A stretch of 63,807 bases of DNA, the filler included, from Dugesia japonica (Eukaryota): NCBI GenBank assembly GCA_001938525.1. It is 6 parts of 6 records of this genome, joined end to end, with 100 filler letters (N's around TTAATTAATTAA, not from the genome) between each part and the next. Parts side by side here need not be neighbours in the genome. Positions count along the whole stretch, not along the records: positions 23,503 to 37,232 come from MQRL01516382.1; positions 37,333 to 45,510 come from MQRL01547426.1; 4 more parts are not named here. The stretch is one strand, 5' to 3'. Numbering within the stretch: position 1 is the stretch's first letter; each line of letters starts with the position of its first letter. Position numbers and translations under genes: made by a program. Below are positions 24,882-38,230 of the stretch, piece by piece. The notes under the pieces were generated by a model. The model made no database searches. It was not told where the DNA came from and worked only from the letters and a program-made list of their open reading frames with translations.

Positions 24882-27800
24882 TATAACATTTTGTACATTG
24901 TTTATAATGCTACTGTTTTTATCTAAATTGGTCAATTAATCTAATTTCTAAAAATTACGTAAATACTGACAATTATTTCAAATCATTAAAAATGTTAGTT
25001 AATATTAATTGCAAAGGTAAAGTATCGCATGATGTAACAAGCAAAAAAAAGATCAAATTTGCGAGTTTGAATTCTTTAAAAATACTTTGTTCTACTAATT
25101 TCTTAATTACCATACATTTATCGGTATTAGTTGATTTTTAATTAATTTTAGCAGTTTTTAATTATACTTACACGTTGTCCCAAAAGAATAATCTTATGTT
25201 GAGTCGCCGTTGACTTATATTTTAGTAGTTTTACTCTTGCAGGTTGCTTTATTCGGTTAAATTATCACACGCCATTGAACCATTTCATTTTTATTGCTAA
25301 TTAAATTCACAATCAAACGCACGAATAATTTTTATTATTAATATATTCATACCCAAGTTGGAAATTTATTAGACAGATTTGAAATTCCTTCGTATATAAT
25401 GAATTCATGCCCCATGATAATTTGTTCTCACTTCGCTAAATTTATTACAACCAAAAAAATATTTTTATGGCGATTTTGTACGAACACTTTTGTAAGTTTC
25501 TGAAGTAAAATTATTATCTATTTCGTTAATTACTTTTTCTTTTAAAATTAGCTAAGTATTTTATCATTTTTAATTCTTTTCCTTGGTGTCCAATTTTGGA
25601 ATTTTACATGACTCGGTGCGTTCTTCCAGTAACCGAAATTTACTTCTGCCATTTTTCATCCTGATAATCATAATTTATAGAAAGATTCATTTAAATCTGC
25701 AACCTTTCAAGTTAGATATTTAATCCTAAAATTTTTAGAACACTTATAGTTTAGAACACTTTTAATATAACATTTAATTGATTTTTCAATGGAGTTTGTA
25801 AGATAAGTTTGAAGTACTCATCGGATCATCAATATCAAAACTCAATTTCATAGAAAATTTAGTCACAAAACAAAACTTTAAATATTAATTTGCTTTTTCA
25901 AACAAATCTCAAAATTCATATTCAAAAATATCAAATATCTGCATTTTGTAAAATATTCCAATTTAAAATTTTATTAATGTCAAAGTTTAATATCCAGCAA
26001 AAAAACATGTCACTCACAAAATTTTATTCTCTATTTAATTTAAAATTTTATATATTTTCTTTTATTCTATTTAAAATTTAATTAATTTCAAATTAAAAAT
26101 ACAGTAAAAAACAGATTTTATTCTATTTATTCTCTATTTAATTTAAAATTTCAAATTTTCTTTGATTTTATTTAAAATTTTAATAATTAAAAATACATTA
26201 AAAAATATATTTTTTTGACAAACCAAACTTTGAAAATTTTAGGAATATTAACAAAATTAAAAAAAGTTCAATACATATTTAGTTATTTTTATAAATAATG
26301 AAAAAGATAGTTTATCTAATAATATAGTACTTATAAAATATGTTTATAATACAAATTTAAATATTTAACACAACTAATTTCAATAAATTCCGCTAAGAAC
26401 ACAAAAAATTCAAGTCTGCTTTTAAAAGTTTTCTTACAAAGTTCATAAACTTTTATTATATCAAACTGAAATTTGAAAAATTCGATTAAAATGAAATATT
26501 ACACGTCAAAAAAATAATATTACAGAAAAATTGAAAATGTGATCATATAAAAGTAATTACCTCATCACAGTATAAAATTTCAAGCAATCACCGAAACAAA
26601 ATCTAAGCATCTTTCGTGGAAGGCCTCCACAAATCTCACTCTTTATCAGGCATAGAATACTTACACTAGTTCACTATTTCCTTTTATATAAATAACATTT
26701 CTGGGACATACAATTGATTTCCAAAAAAAGAAAATTAAAATTTATTGATCATAATATATCATTTTCAATTTATTTCTGGGTAACTCATACAATTTGTCTC
26801 AACTCCGAGTGAAGGGTAGGGGCAGTTCATTATATTGCATAGTTAATAAAAGTAAGAAAATATCTCATAATTACTTTCTCTTCAAAGTAGATATTTTTTC
26901 TGAATCCGCAACTTTTGCTATGAATCTTAAAATATCACTGAACTATTCTAGAATATAATTACCCTCTTTTAATATTTTTTGATGTTTCCTGATAATCGCA
27001 ATTTAGATTTTTACATATTAAATATTTAGTTAGTTGCTGGCTAGTTAGATAGTTATATTGCAAGATAGCTGTTGTTTTACGGGTTTTGTAATTTTCTTTT
27101 AGTTGAATTCTGTCCCTGATTTTATAGCAGTAGAGTTAGTGTATACTACCACGAAGGAATCGTTCTGGATTTTTCAGAGTTGATTTTTCCGTAGACTTTT
27201 AGATTTTGCTGCACGGATTCTTACTTCTTCGACTGCTCATTATTGAATCGACTAGCATGATTTTCCGTAAACACGGTAAATCATCCTGAGCTGGTGATTC
27301 AATAATTTTATAGAATTTTAAAGAGTCAACAAATGACTCATTATAAATAATATTAATATTTTTTATAAATAATTATACATATTATTTTTAATTGACATGA
27401 TAATATTAATAATTTTAATGATAATAATATTGATAAATGTATTATAATTGTTGGATTTTGAAAACTCATCGAATCCTTAACATCAGAATTCAAATTCATT
27501 ACAACGCTTTATTAATATAAAAAACTTTAACAACATTAGTTGAGTGTTAAAACAAATTAAATTCTGTTTTAAATTGGTAATCGTTTCTTCACATTTTTTT
27601 AAAAATTTATTTAAAGTCTTTTGATTTTTTATCAAGATTTTTAAAATAAATTTTCAGTTTATTTTTTAAAATTTTAATTTCAAAATTTAAAACAATTAAT
27701 TTTTAGTCATTGGATTTTTTATTCAGATTTTAATATAAATTTTCGATCCACTTGTTTAAATTTTATTTCAAAATTTAAAACAATTACTTATTAGTCATTT

Positions 27801-28627
27801 AATTTTTCATTTCAATTTAAATCTTGTTCAAAAAAAGATTTCAAGAAAACAATCACCAACCACACAAAAATTTCAACTCGCTTTAAACATACTCACAATA
27901 ATAATAATAAGATTATTTTGATTCCATTTTAATCTAGCATTAATAAATTTAATAACAGATAATTATTTTAATACTAATAATACAATACCCAGTCTTGTTT
28001 TATTAATTATTCGGCTAATAATAATAATAATAATNNNNNNNATAATAATAATGATAATAAAAATAATAGTAATAATATAATAATAATAACTTCCATTAAT
28101 AAATGTTCTAAATTACAAATAACCAACTTTGCAACTTTTAATAAATAATCATAATGATCTTATTTAATAATAAGTAACAATAATGTTAGTGATAATATTA
28201 AATATAATCCCAGCAATTTTGATACCAATTCTCCAAGTTATAATGATGTTCCGAATAATCAAAACATTTAACTATTAAATTTTCGAATAGAAAATACTTT
28301 TATAGCAATAATAATTTGTATAAATAATTAAATCGCATATACCATATTTTTTGCCCTATTATTGGGCATTATAACCCAACAAAATAAAAAACTTTTTTTT
28401 TCTCTACCGAAATGTATTAACCAATCAAAATCGAGTACACTATAACAGAGGCAAAATTTGTACAATACTAAATTTCTAGAACACTTTTCTGGCTGGGAGA
28501 TGGGTAGAAAAGTTTTCTCTCTGATGCACTTAGATCTATCTAATCATAAAACAACGTCGAATTAATTTCATATTTTGATTGATAAATAAGGTTCAAATAG
28601 AGTAATGGATTTGTTAATTCGAAGTAA

Positions 28628-29064
28628 GGGAGCATCCATTAAGGACGTCCCCATAGAATAAGCCATTTTTAACCTCTACCTCCCCTTATCCGTTTTCAAT
28701 TGCTCCCTAGGGACATCCATTATTTTCAGAAGAAATTTAGAACATCTAATTTACTAGTTTGCACGTTTATTTGTTTAAAATAATACTAAGAGAACTGATA
28801 AAATAGTATTATAAGAATATGGGTCTTGAAAACTGCATAAATCTCTAACAGAAAATATTACTAAAATATTAAAAAGGAAATTATGGTAAAAATATTTTCT
28901 TGCAAATGTAAATGGTAAAGTAAATAATTTTCTGAAATTTTATGTAGATTTTAATAAAAGTGTAAATTGTAACTGAAAGAAAATCTATTAATCACTTAGC
29001 TCCCCTTCCATATTGCTTCAATAAGTCCCTTTTGTGAACCCCCTTTTTCTTAATGGATGCTTCC
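28628..29064. mobile_element. Non-autonomous TIR element (MITE), superfamily uncertain
   Basis: 16-bp TIRs GGGAGCATCCATTAAG (28628) and CTTAATGGATGCTTCC (29049-29064), 15/16 match. Confidence 0.75.
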
Positions 29065-32000
29065 AAATTAAAATATCTAAGAACGTGAATATAAATTCAA
29101 ATTTTTCGAAAAATAAATTTAATGACTTACTAAGAATATAAAATACACATTATAATATTCCTATACATTCCAATTTTAATACTGTTTAAATCTTTTACGT
29201 TTACATACCACAATTTGAATAAAAAATAAAATTTATTAACTATTTTTCTTTAGTTTTTTTCTTTTTCTTTGGATTTCGTTTTTTTATTTTCAAATCTACA
29301 AATGAATAGGCTAGTTTTTTTAACATAATTCGAGTTGGAATTACATTATCATCCTCTCCACTTTCTGAATTGTCTTCATCTAAAAATGATATTTTACATT
29401 TTATAAAAAATTTGAACCAGAATCTCACCAATATAATGATCTTTCATTGATTTTCTCATGGATACGCGGGAATTATGAATAGGAATATTTTTAAGAACAT
29501 TAGAATGAAACTGCAAAGTAAAAAAATCGAAAATTTAAATGTAACTATTAACATTAAGAATTAATTTTAAAACATTCTCCACCACAAAGTCTAGATTTGA
29601 AGTAAAATTAATTTTTTTGCCAAACTTTTAGTCAAATAATTTTCCATAATAATTGAATTTTATTACTAATTTTTGTTTTTTATTTGAAAAAAGTAGATGA
29701 ATCTTTGCGCACTGAACCACCTCCTTTTCTCGTGACGCAACTTAATCCTGTTGTTTAATATTGTTTATCTGAGATTATATATTTTAATCAATTATGTAAT
29801 TATTTAATCAGAAATTTGATATTTAAATAAATGTTAATAGATTTTTAAGAATTTAGTCAACTTTGTTTAAATTTTCAAAATCAATCCATTTGACTATTCA
29901 TTCCAAATAATTCATTAAAACCATCAATCATTCGCTTAATATACTATGATTAATTACACTATTCAAACTATCTTAATATAATCAAACAACATTCTTAATC
30001 TTAAACAACATTCTCATAATTTATTCAATTTTCTTTCAATTGTATACTTGATCTGTACAAGAATCTGTTGATTTACCTTCTAATTTTCTTAGATAGATTG
30101 AATAGTGTAATTAATCATAGTATTTTAATCGAATGATGGATAGTTTTAATGAATTATTTGGAATGAATAAGTAAATGGATCGATTGGCGAATTGATCACT
30201 CATTGTATGCTTATGAAATTTGATTATATTCAATCTATCTAAATATAATCAAACAACCATCTTAATTTACTTATTCTCAGAATTTAGTCAATTTACCCTC
30301 AATTGTATACTTGACCTGTACAAGAATCTGTTGATTTATCTTCTTAATTTACTTTTCCGATTAATATAATCCTCTTTATTTTCAAATTACTTATACAATT
30401 GATTACTCATTTAATCAAAGCAATACATAAAGCAATCTACTATATTCATCAATTATCAAATGTAGTCAACTATAATATTCTATAGTTAATCAATCTATAC
30501 TTAATTAATAGATAATAAACATTCCATAGTAGGCAGATGTGAGCGCACAAACACAGATGAGTTATCGTGCACCCCCAAGAGGAAAAGTGTGTGTGTTGAA
30601 TTTGTGTTTGATTTGATTGGTTGGTTTTTGATTGCTTGGGGGATGTAGTTTTGTTTTCATTTGTAAATATTTTGGCGCGAGATTTAAAATTTATTTTTAT
30701 TTTCGTGATTGATTAAGACTAAATATCACATCAACCGTATAAGTTACTAACTATCTTGCATTTAAGAAATTTTTTTGATAGGATCAGATTTTTCGATCGA
30801 TTCGAGATTTCTGATAAGCTCATATCAGATTTTTTGATAGTTGTTTTTTTCTTTTCTCATTTCATTTGAATTTTTCTATCTTTTCAATGAATGATCCACG
30901 ATAACCCATAACACAAATTATAGCACATGGTTATTAGTTATTGAGCCACCCCACCGGGGTGGGTGTTTTTGAATTTGTGATTGATTTGTTTGATTTCATT
31001 GGTCGGATGGTGATTGGTTGCGTGTATATAGTTTTGTTTTAATTTTCAAAGAATTTGGTGGGAAAATTTAAAATTTTTTCTTTTATTCTTATTTTTCTTT
31101 TCTTTATCTTTTATTTTTTGAAGGGAAATCGAATTTTTTTTTTGGCAGGAAATGTAAAATTTTTTAAAGTTTATTAGTTTAAATTATTAATTTTTTTCAT
31201 CCATTGTTTTAGTAACAGTCTTGTTTTTTTCTAACATACCATTACATTACCTCCTCCACCATACAACAGAACGAATCTATTAAGGTCAGATAACACACGA
31301 TCGAGTCTGTTCATAACTAAACTTATCGACCAGCTTGCGTAGTTCTATTTACAGTATGTGCATCTCCGATAGCAGTGCTTCCATCCGTTCACATTCGGAC
31401 ATAACTGAACACTACTACAGTTGTTTTAAAAAAAACAATTAGTCATCATCGTCAATAATTGACTAGACTCAGATCCTCAAAATAGTAATGAATTTCAATG
31501 CAACTGTTACTTATTCAATACATGACATTTTAAATTATTTAGCACATCTTTGTCTCATTTTTTTNATCATATTAATTGAACCTTTAAATAACATGGACCA
31601 TATAATAATGGAACCTTTTATTTAACTAAATTTAAATTAATATTTAAAAATACAATTAAAATTAACATATAAAGAAAAAAATAATTATATTCTCCATTTT
31701 TTATTTCAAATACAATTAAATAAATATAAAATTAAACGATCGATAAATATATTGATTGTTTAATTTTTATTACTAAATGAATTTTTATTACTAAATGAAT
31801 TTGAAATTAAAAAAATGAAAATTTTAATTTCATATTACTATACTTACTATTATAAGAATTATTGTAATATGAAATTATGCAATCAATATATTTATTAATT
31901 TCATATTATCATAAATCTAATTATTATAATTATGGTAATATGAAAATATATTTTTAAAAATCAATTTATTATTAGGTACCATGTAATAATTTACATAGTT

Positions 32001-33807
32001 ACCGTGTATATTTTACATAATTATCATATATTATTGTTATATTTTAGTGGTTTGAGTAGTTTTAAAAATTCCCAGAAGTATGAAAATTCCCTATTGTAAG
32101 TATATTTATTTAATACTTATAAAAAAATAACCAAAAGGGAGAGTCTTTGTATATACAAAGAGTTGAGTTCATGTATATTAATATGATAAAATATTCAGAG
32201 GAAGTTTTTTGTTTATTTTTAAAAATGTATAAAGTGTAGAACTTTTTATAAAAAGAAATCACTAGCGTGGAACATTTGATAAAAAAAAATTCATTACAGT
32301 GGAACCTTTTAATAAATAATTAATAATAGTGGCACTTTTAATAAAAATAATTCATTACAGTGGAACTTTTTAAACAATAATTCATTACAGTGTAATTTTT
32401 TATAAAATATTTCATNNNNNNNNNNNNNNNNNNNNNNNNNNNNNNNNNNNNNNNNNNNNNNNNNNNNNGTGTGTGTTGCTCATATGTTGCATCTGAGTTG
32501 CATCACTAATGCATTAAGTAATACTTTTACATATTTTTATTAACTACTTATAAATTATGTTTACATTAAGAAAATCTTTATAAAAAAACAATTTTCCAAA
32601 AACCACTTATTGTTAAAACAATACAACTAATTTTCGTATTCTTCAGCTGCTACAATTATGGATTCCTTTAGAATCTTATATGAGTCTTGTTTCTGTTCTG
32701 TCTAAACTCCATTTCTAATTCTAAAATGAAATCGTCTATAAGCTCATCAATATCAATGCTTGTTGTTATTAAAACATGACGACAATATTGTTCTGAATTC
32801 ATATTATTACATTTGTTTACAAATTCTAAAAAACGTTCATTCACAATTTGAGTTGCTAGTTCTAAAAATAAAATTAAATAAAAGTTATCATTAATTTAAT
32901 TTCTTATCATTAAAATGATTTTTTAACTCCAAAATATCTTCAACAGATTTCTGATGTTAGAATTAGGTATTTGTTCTTCATGATTGATGTTTTCTTTTAA
33001 TATTTCTGAGAACAATAAAACGATTATAAACAAATAAATGGTATGTATTATTTTAATAAATAAAGATGAAATTACAAAGAAGCATTCCGTTTTTTACAGC
33101 TTTGATTAAATCATCAAAACCTTTTAAAATGATAATTTTACAATCATTCTCACCATATGTTATAGACGATTTACTAGGAATAATTATAAATATTGTTCGT
33201 GGTAATGTAGATGTAAGTGCAGCCAAAAAGGAAAACATTGAAAAAACTTTATTAATGCTTGTAAACACAAAAAATAGAAATANNNNNNNNNNNNNNNNNN
33301 NNNNNNNNNNNNNNNNNNNNNNNNNNNNNNNNNNNNNNNNNNNNNNNNNNNNNNNNNNNNNNNNNNNNNNNNNNNNNNNNNNNNNNNNNNNNNNNNNNNN
33401 NNNNNNNNNNNNNNNNNNNNNNNNNNNNNNNNNNNNNNNNGGTAGATTGCAATCATTACCTAATTTTGACATGAAATTCGCATCGATTTAATATAATGAA
33501 GACAAAAATGAAGACAATATAGATGGACCCAAAACCCAGCAGGTTTTCGAAGCGTAGAAAAAATAATGAAAGCAGTTCAAATATCGAAATGAAAGAGAAA
33601 TAATAGTTATAGGGTCAACTAGCTCACAGTCTGAACAAACCAATGTTGAAAGGATATCCAACAAGAGCATATAAAACATGGTATTCATAATTTATGCCTA
33701 ATGAAGATGATTTCATATACAGAAATTTAAAAAGTACTTTTTGAAATTTAGCGTTGTATTCAATAGATTTGTGAGAGATGCTCCGGTTTAATCAAAGGTA
33801 CTGAAAT

Positions 33808-33865
33808 AAACAATACTATGCAAAATGGTATGGATACAAAAACCAAGTTGGATATAAGCATCACA
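33808..33865 (+). pseudogene. Polinton integrase C-terminal chromodomain fragment
   Basis: KQYYAKWYGYK, immediately upstream of the penton relic. Confidence 0.55.
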
Positions 33866-33879
33866 AATAGTCAATCAAG

Positions 33880-35375
33880 ATGGAATTCAAATAAAATCAA
33901 ATAATTTCTATACAGTTCTACCTAGTAATAGTAGTACACTAGTTCATCCAAATAATACTGCTAGTAATTACATTGTTGAGCTTCAAAATTCGATTTATAT
34001 TGATGGTAGTTAAGAATTTCTCATTTTGGATTTCACCTTTGTATATTTATCCATGCCAATTTACAGTTAATCTAGTATTGCCTATGAATTATTTAAATCA
34101 AATTGAGAAGAAACTATCAATTCTTGTTAACCATTAAGAAAAGAAGTTGTTTTAACTGTTACTAGTAAAGATAAATATCAAAATAATAGGGAAACACTTA
34201 TACAATTAAAGAATGAAAATATGATAAACTTTAGTAATGATATTAAATTCCATAGTCTATCATTTGATACTTTAGAAAATTCTGAAAGATTTTCGTACGA
34301 TAGAGTTAAAGTAACACAATCGGGTAATATTGTAAATCTTGATACTAGTAAACATATTGGTGATAAAACTTTTACTATTCGCTTTCATACCTTTAAAAAC
34401 GATGATTCCGGGGAGCAAATAAATATTAAATATTATGTGATTGTAATTAAACATTATTTTCAATTTGAAACCGATTTGTATATAAAGGATTAAAAAAAAC
34501 TAAATGATTTAATTTCAGTATGTTTAATTTTAATTTGAATAAATATATACTTATTAAATTTATGTTTTAATAATACCGGTGCGTGGTAAAACTAAAAACG
34601 TTTGAGTGTAAATTTAAAATAGATTCTTAAAACTGATTGTAACATAGACGATAATTTATAAAGGTTATTTTAGACGGTTAAAGTGTGTGTTACGTGAGTT
34701 TTTATTGGATTGTCATTATTATTATTATTCTTTGTAATTTTACTAAATTTAATAACAGTAATAAATATTTAAACTGAACTCTTCCTTCTATATTATTATT
34801 CGGAGATTTATTAAATCAAATAGTAAATTATTAAATAATGATTATTAATTTCCCCTATATTTATATTAAATTGAAATTGTAATTAGAGAACATGACCATA
34901 CTACCGTTATTTAACAAATATTATTTAAAATCTTTTCACTAAAGTAAGATGAACTATTTACATTTGCATTGTCAAATAAAACTAAACGTGTTAAATTCGA
35001 TAAAATCTTAACCTAGGATTAAAATAATCGCAATAGTCTCAATTACATATTAGTGATGAACAGTTACAATATGAAAGTATCAAGAAACCTAAGATATTAA
35101 AGTGTTATGATGAAGTGATCATCTATTGTAGTATTGTTGAACCTATAATTGTAGGAGATGTTATTGTTCCTTCATTAAAAGCAGTATGAATAGAACAACA
35201 TGAAGATGATTAAATAGTTCAAATAATTGTTGGTCATCCAATGCATTTACCTATTTCTTCATCATGTATAAACAATATAAAAATTAATATACGTGATGAT
35301 AGTGGAAAACTAGTCAATGTTGCTGAAGACTTAAACATATTTAACATTAAATTTTAGAAAAATTGATAATAAACT
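33880..35375 (+). pseudogene. Polinton/adintovirus minor capsid (penton) pseudogene
   Basis: N-terminal NFYTVLPSNSSTLVHPNNTASNYIVELQNSIYIDGS*EF and C-terminal IYCSIVEPIIVGDVIVPSLKAV...HPMHLPI...IKINIRDDSGKLV...LNFRK. A non-coding-looking stretch lies at about 34500-34940. Confidence 0.85.
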
Positions 35376-35384
35376 CTGATATTA

Positions 35385-35812
35385 TATCATTGTATAGTAC
35401 TAGTCAAGCAGGTGGAGAATTACCTTAGTTTCCTGGAAAACCGTATGGATCTGGCTGGTTACGAATAATAGGGAGATTTGTTTTGCCTATTCTTAGACGC
35501 ATCGGTTCAATTGGTATGAAAACAGCTCAGGATGTACTAGATAATGATGGAAAAATACTACTCACATTAAAATCTAATGCATTAGCAGAACTAGGAAATG
35601 TAGTTTCTTCATTATCTAGTGGAGTTACCAGTATGATTCCAAAAGTAGCAGTTATATTACCACAAAGTATAACAAATAAAATACCATCTGAAATAACTAA
35701 TATGCTATCAAATCAAGTCCAAACACTACAAAATATTAGGAAACGAAAGAAATCTTATATATCACGTATAAACNAACGAATGAGAGGACATGGAACAATA
35801 TTTCAAAAATGA
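35385..35812 (+). pseudogene. Polinton virion core/membrane-active protein (PW/GasderminX-like; pVI/pVII-like precursor)
   Basis: SQAGGELP*FPGKPYGSGWLRIIGRFVLPILRRIG amphipathic segment and a basic C-terminus ending RMRGHGTIF; lies between penton and hexon. Confidence 0.7.
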
Positions 35813-35978
35813 TTTGCGGTAAAACTGAATTATGTAGTTTTGATCGACCATCTCCACAAGCTGTAATTGAAAATGGTATATTCGAAGTTGTTTTCTTATG
35901 AATTCAATTTCCGAATCACAAAGTGATTCAGAGTTTTTTATAAATAGATCTCAAACAGAATATTTGGATTTAAATGTC
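35809..35978 (+). pseudogene. Polinton major capsid protein (hexon) N-terminal fragment
   Basis: MICGKTELCSFDRPSPQAVIENG...EFFINRSQTEYLDLN; the ATG overlaps the upstream stop (ATGA at 35809-35812). Confidence 0.85.
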
Positions 35979-37687
35979 TAATACAAATGTCTAATACTGA
36001 TAATAAAATAGAAGTAAGTTGTAATTTCAAATTTCATAATTCGTTTGAAAATTTTTGAAGTAAAAAGATTTAAAAAAGTAAAAAATGTAATTAATGTTAA
36101 TTTATTTAATTATATTTTTAGAACTAGCAACTCAAATATTGAATGATCTTTTTCCGGGATTCTTTGAAGAATGTGTTAATATGAATTCAGACTAATATTG
36201 GCGACATGTTTTAAGAAAAACATGCATTGATATTGATAAAATTCTTCACGATTTCGTTTTGGAACTGTAAATGAAGCTTATAAAAGAAAAAGACTCAATA
36301 TGAGCTTTCAAAAGAATAATATCTCGTAGTAGTTGAAGAATAAAAAAACAATAGTTGTACTGTTTTATTATTAAATATTATTTTGGAAAATAGTTTTTTA
36401 TTAATATTTTCTTAATGTAAATATATTTTATAAGTAGTAAATAAAGATATGTAAAAATATTAGTTAATACAATAGGATTGCAGCAAAAATGCAACACACA
36501 TTCTCATGAAATTACATGCCTAGTTTTTTTTAAAACTTCTAAACATATTTTAAAAATATTAATATTGCAATAGGGATGCAACTCAGATGCAACATATGAG
36601 CAACACACACATTCACACAAAATCCCGTCTGTGAATTTTTTTATTAAAAAGTTTCACTGCAATGAATTTTATTATAAAAAATTACACTAATGATTTATAT
36701 TTTAAAAAGTTCCACTGTAATCAATTATTTTTATAAAAAGTTCCACTGTCATGAATCTCTCCAATGAATCCCTCGACGAACAAAATTCATGTATGCAAGA
36801 TTAATTTCATCGTCGAGAAATTTACGTAATCGGATTAATTGATCCAGTATTTTTTATTTTTCATGTATTTAATTGGGAAAAATTTTATAGGCTTTTAAGC
36901 AGTAGAATTTTTTCAGGCTTTTTAAGCAATAGAATTTTTTAGGCTTTTTTAACAGCAATATTTTTACTGTGTATTTAGTTGGTAAAATTTTTTTAAGGGA
37001 ATTTTTTATAGGAATTCGATTAAACCGTTCATGTTTAAACAATATGAAAATTTAAAATTTTTTAAATGAAATCTTTATGGGAATCTGGGTGAATAGTTTA
37101 AATGTTTGAAAAATATGTTCTATATCTCAAATTTTAAAGATTTTTATACCAAACTGCTATGAACTTTATTTTGAGTAAGAAAAACAGTTACAAAAATAAC
37201 AACCTTAATATTAATAAAATAATTTGATAAAANNNNNNNNNNNNNNNNNNNNNNNNNNNNNNNNNNNNNNNNNNNNTTAATTAATTAANNNNNNNNNNNN
37301 NNNNNNNNNNNNNNNNNNNNNNNNNNNNNNNNATTATTTGCTCTTGTTTTTATTTGTTCTTTTAAGATCCTCATGCTCTGTTAAGCATTAGATACATATG
37401 CCATAATTCATTTTTGACAACACATCTATATTGGTATGTTTTGGGTGTTGTATAGATTCTAAGTTACTAAACAATTTATCCAGGCTTGAAATTGCGGATT
37501 AATTAGTTTGTTCATCTTTTTCAGAAATGCCTTGTGATCTATTCTTACCAAATTTTATTACGGTATTAATTTTAAAAATTATTTTGGTTTTTTTCTTTCT
37601 TAATTTTAATTAATCGGAAATTATTATACTACCAATGAAATGATCGAGAATAATTTAAATAATTTAAATATATTTATTTGGCAGGAT

Positions 37688-38230
37688 AGTAGGTAGATGT
37701 GAGCGCACTGACGCACCCTAGCGAAAATAAATAACACATGCGTTGGTCGATCGAACTAGTTATTTTGGATCTTTAATTTTAAGATTTTTGATCAGATAAG
37801 AATTTTTTGTTTTAATTAATAAATTTATTTTAAAAAGGTATTGCAGTATTTGGACGGATGGTATTGCGTATGTGTGTGTTATCATATTTTTTTGTGTGTA
37901 TCACATGTGTGTAAAGATATTGTAGAAATTCGAAATTTGACTGAAATGTTTTGTGTGTGTTTGTGTACTTTTTTGAGGTTTGAGTGTGGATTTGACCAGG
38001 CCTCTCGAATTTGACCTATAAATTGCCTAAAAGACTAATGGTGTAAAATGCGCTTGGGACCGATAAAGTTGTGAGCGCATTGACACATAGCAAAGAGTTA
38101 TCGCGCACTTGACTTAAAATCGATCTGGTGATGTGAGTAGTTGACAGATCTGCATGAGATGGAAAGTTTGATGGAAAGAGAAAGTGTTGACACATGGATT
38201 TTGAGATGGTTTGGCAAAGTTTTGATTTAT
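37688..38230 (+). mobile_element. Polinton-type left terminus/arm (AGTAGGTAGATGTGAGCGCACTG)
   Basis: Near-identical to the terminus at 30528, with an internal gtgagcgcattgacac repeat near 38070. Confidence 0.6.

Larger units (their letters stand above)
30528..36760 (+). mobile_element. Internally deleted Polinton/Maverick (adintovirus-like) element with long inverted arms
   Basis: Left terminus AGTAGGCAGATGTGAGCGCAC. Inverted arms at about 32270-32870 and 36110-36755, with a perfect 36-bp match (32469-32504 vs 36575-36610). The core holds integrase chromodomain, penton, core-protein and hexon relics. Confidence 0.8.

Noticed and set aside
24380-24926. ORFs 24380-24736, 24708-24926 and 63579-63767
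   Set aside because: They are chance frames in tandemly repeated terminal sequence and are broken in the 14140-15015 copy.
33053-33491. Overlapping ORFs spanning the gap
   Set aside because: Their length is inflated by Ns and no recognisable motif is present.
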